A stretch of 64,000 bases of DNA from Candidatus Zhuqueibacterota bacterium (GTDB taxonomy: Bacteria > Zhuqueibacterota > QNDG01 > JABMRT01). The translations under genes and the position numbers were made by a program. Below the pieces are notes generated by a model. That model was not told the DNA's origin. It made no database searches and saw nothing but the letters and a program-made list of their open reading frames with translations. Positions 58,970-64,000 of this stretch are shown in pieces; the first letter of the stretch is position 1, and the number at the start of each line of letters is the position of its first letter. Location: contig JABMRT010000088.1 of the NCBI GenBank assembly GCA_013202295.1, forward strand, positions 1,357 through 65,356, in the 5' to 3' direction.

Positions 58970-61813
58970 TTATTCTGGATTGTGTTCAGGCATTAATACA
59001 AATTGCATATACCGATCTTTGTTGAAATACAATTCTAAAGTATTTCGGACAATTTCAGGTGTCAGCATGTCAACCTGATCAAGAAAACCAAAAAGTCGAA
59101 GTGGGTCCTCATTAAAGAACGAGGATTGATACAAATAGTCAAGCCAGAATCCATTTTCCTTGAGCTGAGTTTCATACTGACGTCTCTGTGTTTCCTGAAC
59201 CTTTGCCACAGTTAATGAATCTGGGCCGAACTGGACAAGACTGTCTAATTGGCTGAAAACAGTATTTGTCAACTCCTCCACGCGTTCCGGATTACATCCA
59301 AATGAGACAGTGAGGGAATAATCCTCTCGTGGTACGCGGGATAATCCGCCTGATACACTCACGCCATAGGTTCCGCTCATATCCTCGCGAATCACCTCCC
59401 GAAGCCGGATACGTAACACATCAATCATAGAATCCATTTCATAATTACCTGTGCGAGACCACTCAGCAGGACCTGTGAACATTAAACGGACTCGACTTTT
59501 AGGTTCAATCCCCTTTCGAATGGTCTTTTCAATCACACCATCCGGGAATGTAATTCCGATATCCTGCCAGGTTTCCTGACGTTGGATGGAGGGCAATCCG
59601 CCAAGGTAGGTCTGAACAAGGGATGCGATGGAATCCGGTTCGAAATTGCCCACAAAGAAAAAAGTAAAGTCACTTGCATCCGCAAAGCGATCTTGATAAT
59701 AGGTCAAGGATTTAGTCAGATCCATCTCATCCAGAAGGGCTTCGGACCAGGGACGTGATCTGTAATGATATTGCGCAGTCGTCACCTGAATGGTGTCGGA
59801 ATAAACTGCATTTGGATCAGCGGATCGATTCTCAATGTACCCCTTGATGCGGCTTTGAAAGGATTTATAAGCCGTGCTATCCACTTTTGGAGCGGTAAAG
59901 GAGAGATATATAAGCTGAAACATCGCTTCGATATCTTTCGGAGAAGCCGAACCGGACACCCGTTCTGTGAGTGCGGAGATTCCCGGCCGGACCCGAACTG
60001 CTTTGCCAGCTAATTGTTTTTCAAGTTCAATTTGCGTAAACGGGCCCAGGCCGCTTTCAAGGACGATGGATGTGGCTGTGATCGCGGGGAGATAAAGACT
60101 GTCAGGAATCAGTGAATGCCCGCCTGGACTGAACGAGGAGAACCGCACTTCATCATTCCTGAAATCCGTGGGTTTCATGATCACCCGCACTCCATTGGAA
60201 AGCGTCCACTCGGTAACACCTAAAGTATCAATGGTTTCTGTGTGAACAATCGTGCCCGGTTCGGGTGGATTCTCAACGAGGGGAATATCAAGTATCTGAT
60301 CGATATACGGTTCAATCTCTATCGTTTGTACAGCTTCAAATACCGCCAACAGTTCATCCTCGGTTGGAACCTGTACACCCTCCTTTTCCGGAGCGTCCAC
60401 AAGGATCACTCGATTGAAGTCTGTAATGGTCTCGGCAGTCAATGCGTTGATCTCATCCATAGTAATCTCAGGCATGAACCGTTGGGTCATGGCATATTCA
60501 AATGCAATTCCAGGCACCGGCTCCTGCACCAGATAATTTCTCGCATATTCTGACGCCAGCCGGCTCGACCTCACTTTATCCCGCTCCTCATACGCACGCT
60601 GCATGCCGCGAAGTATCTCTTTTTTCTTTCGTGCGAGTTCAGTGTGAGTAAATCCGAAACGTCGAACACGTTCAGATTCGATCAGCAGTGTTTCCAATCC
60701 ACGGGGAATCCCGTTCTCTTTCACACTGGCGGACAAGGTATACACGCCCTTGGTTCGGACAAACCGGCCGCTTCCGGCCATTCCATAGAGATACGGGGGA
60801 TCCGCCTTTTTGGTCAGTTCAATCAGCCGGTCGTTCATCATTCCGTCATACAGATTCTCGACCAGCATGCGACGGTAATCCCCAATTGTAGTCTCAGGTT
60901 TGAGCGGTTTTTTGAAATAAATGGAGATGTTATTGTATGTCGCTTCCGGATCTGTGGCAATGGCAAACCGGGTTTCTTTGTGATCAAGGATCGGATAATC
61001 AATTCTTGGTTCGGGATCGACTGGTTTGGGAAGTTTGGAAAAATAGATCTGGATCATATCTTCCATGTGCTTGGGATCAAAATCACCCACTGCGATGACA
61101 GCCATTAAATCAGGACGATACCAGGTTTCATAATATCGACGGAGTGATTCATGGCGGAACGTATCAAGTACGGTGCGGTTCCCGATTGGCAGTCTCTCGG
61201 CGTACTGAGATCCCTTGAAGAGAATGGGAAACTGTTTGTCTAACATTCGTGCGTCAGCACCTCTGCCCTGACGCCACTCCTCAATAATCACACCGCGTTC
61301 CTTCTCCACTTCAAGACTGTCGAACTGGATCGAATGGGCCCAATCCGCAAGGATCTGAAATGCTTGTTCCGTTATCTCGAGACTGTCTGCGGGTAATTCG
61401 AGAGTGTAAATCGTCTGATCGAATCCGGTCGAGGCATTGATCTCGGGTCCAAATCGCATACCGATGGATTCTAAAAAGTTGACCAGCGCCTGTTTCTCAA
61501 AATGCGCTGTACCATTAAATGCCATATGTTCCGTAAAATGAGCCAGGCCTTGCTGATCGTCTTCTTCCAGCACTGATCCCGCATTGACGACCAGACGCAA
61601 TTCTATCCGGTTCTCCGGTCGTTGATTGGGACGGATGTAATATCGCAGCCCGTTATCGAGCGTACCCACTTTGATTGATGGATCAAACGGGATTGCTTCA
61701 TCCATCTGCCAGGATTCAATCGGCTTTTGTGTGTCCTGGACGGTTTGCCGCAATGTGGGCGCACATCCGAAAATGAATAAAGGGATAATTAAAAGCCATC
61801 GGATGGATTTCAT
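58970..61813 (-). CDS. M16 zinc protease lipoprotein (PqqL-like)
   Basis: IFGC lipobox; GTLDNGLRYYI, GLAHFTEHMAFNGT (HxxEH), ERGVIIEE, YYETWYRPD. Confidence 0.93.
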   Translation of the reverse strand: MKSIRWLLIIPLFIFGCAPTLRQTVQDTQKPIESWQMDEAIPFDPSIKVGTLDNGLRYYIRPNQRPENRIELRLVVNAGSVLEEDDQQGLAHFTEHMAFNGTAHFEKQALVNFLESIGMRFGPEINASTGFDQTIYTLELPADSLEITEQAFQILADWAHSIQFDSLEVEKERGVIIEEWRQGRGADARMLDKQFPILFKGSQYAERLPIGNRTVLDTFRHESLRRYYETWYRPDLMAVIAVGDFDPKHMEDMIQIYFSKLPKPVDPEPRIDYPILDHKETRFAIATDPEATYNNISIYFKKPLKPETTIGDYRRMLVENLYDGMMNDRLIELTKKADPPYLYGMAGSGRFVRTKGVYTLSASVKENGIPRGLETLLIESERVRRFGFTHTELARKKKEILRGMQRAYEERDKVRSSRLASEYARNYLVQEPVPGIAFEYAMTQRFMPEITMDEINALTAETITDFNRVILVDAPEKEGVQVPTEDELLAVFEAVQTIEIEPYIDQILDIPLVENPPEPGTIVHTETIDTLGVTEWTLSNGVRVIMKPTDFRNDEVRFSSFSPGGHSLIPDSLYLPAITATSIVLESGLGPFTQIELEKQLAGKAVRVRPGISALTERVSGSASPKDIEAMFQLIYLSFTAPKVDSTAYKSFQSRIKGYIENRSADPNAVYSDTIQVTTAQYHYRSRPWSEALLDEMDLTKSLTYYQDRFADASDFTFFFVGNFEPDSIASLVQTYLGGLPSIQRQETWQDIGITFPDGVIEKTIRKGIEPKSRVRLMFTGPAEWSRTGNYEMDSMIDVLRIRLREVIREDMSGTYGVSVSGGLSRVPREDYSLTVSFGCNPERVEELTNTVFSQLDSLVQFGPDSLTVAKVQETQRRQYETQLKENGFWLDYLYQSSFFNEDPLRLFGFLDQVDMLTPEIVRNTLELYFNKDRYMQFVLMPEHNPE

Positions 61814-61901
61814 ATCAAAGCTCCGGTTTTATATGTTTGGCATATGTGGTCAACAATTTAATCATATCTCTGAAAATAATCGTCGTGATATTTTTTTCTG
61901 A

Positions 61902-63242
61902 TCAATAAGTGTGACCATGGACTCTTGAAGTTCTAAAGCCGAATACAGCAATAACTATAAAACAAATCAAAGGCAGTACGAATGAGGCCCGTGTGCTGGA
62001 CATGGTAATAAGCCCCAGATTGAATGCATCCATATCCATGATGGAAGCCTGAAGCGGTGGCAGGATGGATCCGCCGCCAATGGCCATGATCAATCCGGCT
62101 GCGCCAAGTTTGGCGTCATCACCCAAACCCTTCAAAGCAATTCCGTAAATAGTTGGGAACATAAGTGACATGCACGCTGATACACCGATGAGAAAATACA
62201 AACCGATCATTCCATGGATAAAAATTGTACCGAGAACCAAAGCGAAACCACCTGACGCCAAACTCAACAATAAACTCCCTGGATTGAAATATTTGAGGAG
62301 ATATGTGCAAATAAACCGGCTGCCGCAGAAAATCGCCATTGCAATAATGTTATATCCTTGTGCGGTTTCTTTTGACATGCCGAGTTCGTTCATGGCATAT
62401 TGAATGATAAAGGTCCAGCACATGATCTGTGCACCCACGTAAAAAGTCTGCGCGATAACACCTTCGGTGTATTTCTTATTGCTGAATAGACGCTTCAATG
62501 TGGGACCCACATCCAGATGCGTTGTTTCTTCACCCTTGCTCTTCGGCAGTTTGGAAAAAAGAAAAATAAAAAAGAACAGAAGGACGATCAACCCAATCGC
62601 CACATAAGGACCGCGTAAAACACTCAGATCGTGCGCTTGTAACAACTTGAACTGAGCCGGGGCACTTTCTGCCAATACCTGCCTATCGACATCTGATGTT
62701 TTATCAAGCCGTGCAAGAATGAATTGCTGGGCCACAAACATCCCGGTGAGGGATCCAATCGGATTGAACGCCTGAGCAAAGTTCAGGCGGCGGGTAGCAT
62801 TCTCTTCCGCCCCCATTGATAGAATGTAAGGATTCGAGCTTGTTTCCAGGAAGGACAATCCACAAGTCAGAATGAAATAAGAAATCAGAAATGCCCAGAA
62901 TCCCATAATCATACTGGATGGAATGAACAACAATGCGCCAAGAGAATAAAGTCCGAGACCGACGAGGATGCCGCTTTTATAAGTAAACCTTTTGATGAAC
63001 AGAGCCGCAGGAATCGCCATCACGCAATACCCACCGTAAAAGGCAAACTGGACCAACGAACTCTCAAAATGACTGGTCAGCATGATCGTTTTAAAAGCCG
63101 CCACCATAGGATTGGTAATATCATTGGCAAATCCCCACAAGGCGAAAAGACTGGTCACGAGAACAAAGGGATATAGAATCTCTTTCGAGATTACGGCTAC
63201 ATTTATCCCGTTCTCAGAGTTCATCGTTGTTGCTTTCGGCAT
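61902..63242 (-). CDS. fucP: L-fucose:H+ symporter (MFS, FHS family)
   Basis: LVTSLFALWGFA, VQFAFYGGY, LETSSNPY, RRLNFAQAFNPIG, FYVGAQI, SLMFPTIY. Confidence 0.92.
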   Translation of the reverse strand: MPKATTMNSENGINVAVISKEILYPFVLVTSLFALWGFANDITNPMVAAFKTIMLTSHFESSLVQFAFYGGYCVMAIPAALFIKRFTYKSGILVGLGLYSLGALLFIPSSMIMGFWAFLISYFILTCGLSFLETSSNPYILSMGAEENATRRLNFAQAFNPIGSLTGMFVAQQFILARLDKTSDVDRQVLAESAPAQFKLLQAHDLSVLRGPYVAIGLIVLLFFFIFLFSKLPKSKGEETTHLDVGPTLKRLFSNKKYTEGVIAQTFYVGAQIMCWTFIIQYAMNELGMSKETAQGYNIIAMAIFCGSRFICTYLLKYFNPGSLLLSLASGGFALVLGTIFIHGMIGLYFLIGVSACMSLMFPTIYGIALKGLGDDAKLGAAGLIMAIGGGSILPPLQASIMDMDAFNLGLITMSSTRASFVLPLICFIVIAVFGFRTSRVHGHTY

Positions 63243-63319
63243 AAAATGGCCCTTTCCACTTATACTTCCTTCCAGTGTTATATCCTTTTTATACCATAGC
63301 TTTACATTTCCAAATTAAC

Positions 63320-64000
63320 TTAATATGTTTCAATCTTAAGAACAACAGCCATTTCATCCATAACGGCATTGGGAATTTCAACCTTCAGCCCTGCATCATT
63401 CTGTTGCCAGTGAACATCCACTTCTGCACCAGGGATAGTGACCGCATGTATATGAATCGCTTCAGGGAGTTGGCCCTTGGCAAACGAAGTCAGCAACACT
63501 TCAGATCCTATGTCGGGTTTTCCCAGGAAAGTGGCATAAATTGTTTCACCCTTGGTAGTATACCGGATGTCTTTCTTAGAATATTTGATTTTCAAAAACG
63601 CTTCATGATTTTCAAAATGTCCTTCTGGTTCTTTAGTCGGCCCTTCACCATAAATATACCACGGACGTGTTCCATAAATCGATTCACCATATTGACTTAG
63701 CCACTCTCCCATTTTGAGCAGCACATTCTGCTGATCTTCCGGTATAGATCCATCCGCCTTGGGAGACACATTGAGAAGAAGGACACCATTTTTACTGACA
63801 ATATCAATCAGAACATGAAGCACGTCATGAGGGGATTTGATTTTTAAATCTTCAGTATAACACCAGGAGCCAGTACTGACGGTTTCATCAGTCATCCAGG
63901 ATTTTTTTTCCAGCCTGTTTTTCCGTGACTTTTCCAGATCATCCACGCTGACATCCAGTGGCAAATCATCCTGCTTTCGAACAATGACCACCTCTTTGCC
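63320..64000 (-). CDS. Alpha-L-fucosidase (GH29), C-terminal part; 5' end outside the window
   Basis: W.TD...SWCY, LIDIVSKNGVLLLNVSPKADGSIP, MGEWL..YGESIYGTRPW, DIRYT.K; adjacent to fucP. Confidence 0.9.
   Translation of the reverse strand, partial: GKEVVIVRKQDDLPLDVSVDDLEKSRKNRLEKKSWMTDETVSTGSWCYTEDLKIKSPHDVLHVLIDIVSKNGVLLLNVSPKADGSIPEDQQNVLLKMGEWLSQYGESIYGTRPWYIYGEGPTKEPEGHFENHEAFLKIKYSKKDIRYTTKGETIYATFLGKPDIGSEVLLTSFAKGQLPEAIHIHAVTIPGAEVDVHWQQNDAGLKVEIPNAVMDEMAVVLKIETY

Noticed and set aside
1142-63700. Numerous 60-200-aa ORFs nested in or antisense to the long genes
   Set aside because: Shadow ORFs of well-supported genes with no motifs of their own.

Overview
Chromosomal 64-kb window, probably from an FCB-superphylum bacterium (KSB1/Calditrichota-like; inferred from several secreted proteins ending in a 'YPNPFN' T9SS/FlgD-like sorting domain). 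Left to right: a secreted-protein region (6x GEVED giant protein; beta-helix protein behind a Ser/Thr kinase and a sigma-54 activator), an orphan plasmid-type parA(stbB)/stbC-like pair, housekeeping and carbohydrate genes, and an ~18-kb chemosensory operon. That operon has cheW, porin, PBP, MCP, cheR, cheA, cheC, cheD, cheB, cheX, cheY, cheY, a histidine kinase and cheX, and is headed by a frameshifted REC/multi-PAS pseudokinase lacking the phospho-acceptor His. The main discovery, which the ORF track does not show, is an integron-type cassette array at ~47.7-53.6 kb. It has three attC-like sites and an attI-like site but no integrase in the window. In the integrase position sit a small co-oriented 115-aa DUF5710/HARP-like gene and a ~100-bp array of alternating 9-bp TATA-core repeats. 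The right end carries pepF, a patatin-POTRA-barrel gene, an M16 protease, fucP and a partial GH29 fucosidase. No rRNA, tRNA or CRISPR array was seen. All family assignments come from motif recognition by eye, not from database searches.
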